Shown here: piece after piece, positions 63,925 through 64,000 of the stretch
Position numbering within the stretch: the stretch's first letter is position 1
How the letters are laid out: every line of letters begins with the position of its first letter
NCBI GenBank assembly: GCA_001002135.1
Contig: LCLP01000001.1
Location: 485,368 to 549,367, forward strand
Direction of reading: 5' to 3'
Source: Candidatus Pacebacteria bacterium GW2011_GWA1_46_10
Lineage (GTDB): Bacteria; Patescibacteriota; Microgenomatia; UBA1400; PJMF01
Length of the DNA: 64,000 nucleotides
Program-made: the position numbers and the translations under genes
The notes under the pieces: generated by a model
What the model was told of the DNA's origin: nothing
What the model saw: only the letters and a program-made list of their open reading frames with translations
The model's database searches: none

Positions 63925-64000
63925 TTACTTCTCAAGTTGAGCCAATAATTGTTTGCGAACCTGGGCCAATTTACCGGCCACCGTCGCGTCAACTGCCTTC
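63925..64000 (-). CDS. atpH: F0F1 ATP synthase subunit delta, C-terminal fragment (gene continues beyond window end)
   Basis: minus-strand frame ...KAVDATVAGKLAQVRKQLLAQLEK* ends 2 nt before atpA; position and sequence consistent with the delta C-terminus. Confidence 0.55.
   Translation of the reverse strand, partial: KAVDATVAGKLAQVRKQLLAQLEK

Overview
This 64-kb window is a densely coding chromosomal segment of about 48-50% GC with no rRNA, CRISPR array or transposase/integrase. The gene content reads like a small-genome, Gram-positive-like bacterium, possibly Patescibacteria/CPR (Saccharibacteria-like); this is an inference from a fused coaD-coaE, a class I LysRS and few biosynthetic genes. 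In order along the window: a rplU-coupled partial ORF, rplU and a RodA-like SEDS protein; ileS preceded by an Ile-specific T-box leader with an ultrashort Stem I; a compact division/cell-wall cluster on the minus strand (lepB-murB-murA-mraY-ftsW-murG-ftsQ-ftsA-ftsZ); a surface-glycan module (Wzx-like flippase, GT2, O-antigen-ligase-like protein, Ig-like exported protein); and ten tRNA genes (Thr-CGU, Gly-CCC, Phe, Val, Leu-GAG, Gly-GCC, Leu-CAG, Arg-UCG, Lys-CUU, Asp). After these come a small membrane transporter behind a long structured 5' leader; dus; two divergent hypothetical genes with tandem palindromes between them; a single-chain UvrD-helicase/RecB-nuclease; an NDT/LOG-like + RHH fusion; an AI-2E transporter; a CoaD-CoaE fusion; and a tRNA-flanked segment with a cytidylate-kinase-like gene, a GGDEF cyclase and a membrane CYTH-like protein. 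The remainder is core: prs, typA, proS, a DHH phosphoesterase, HIT, rpsU, a GT-C glycosyltransferase, lemA-htpX, gatCAB, dnaE, ldh, fpg, an EamA transporter, an alpha/beta hydrolase, secA, serS, an HD protein, class I lysK, greA and the F1 ATP synthase genes atpH(partial)-A-G-D-C. Non-coding signals include a recurrent leaderless-promoter architecture (consensus TATAAT 6-9 nt before the start codon), several intrinsic terminators and a few unexplained hairpins and inverted repeats. Every family call is from reading motifs by eye; no database search was run.
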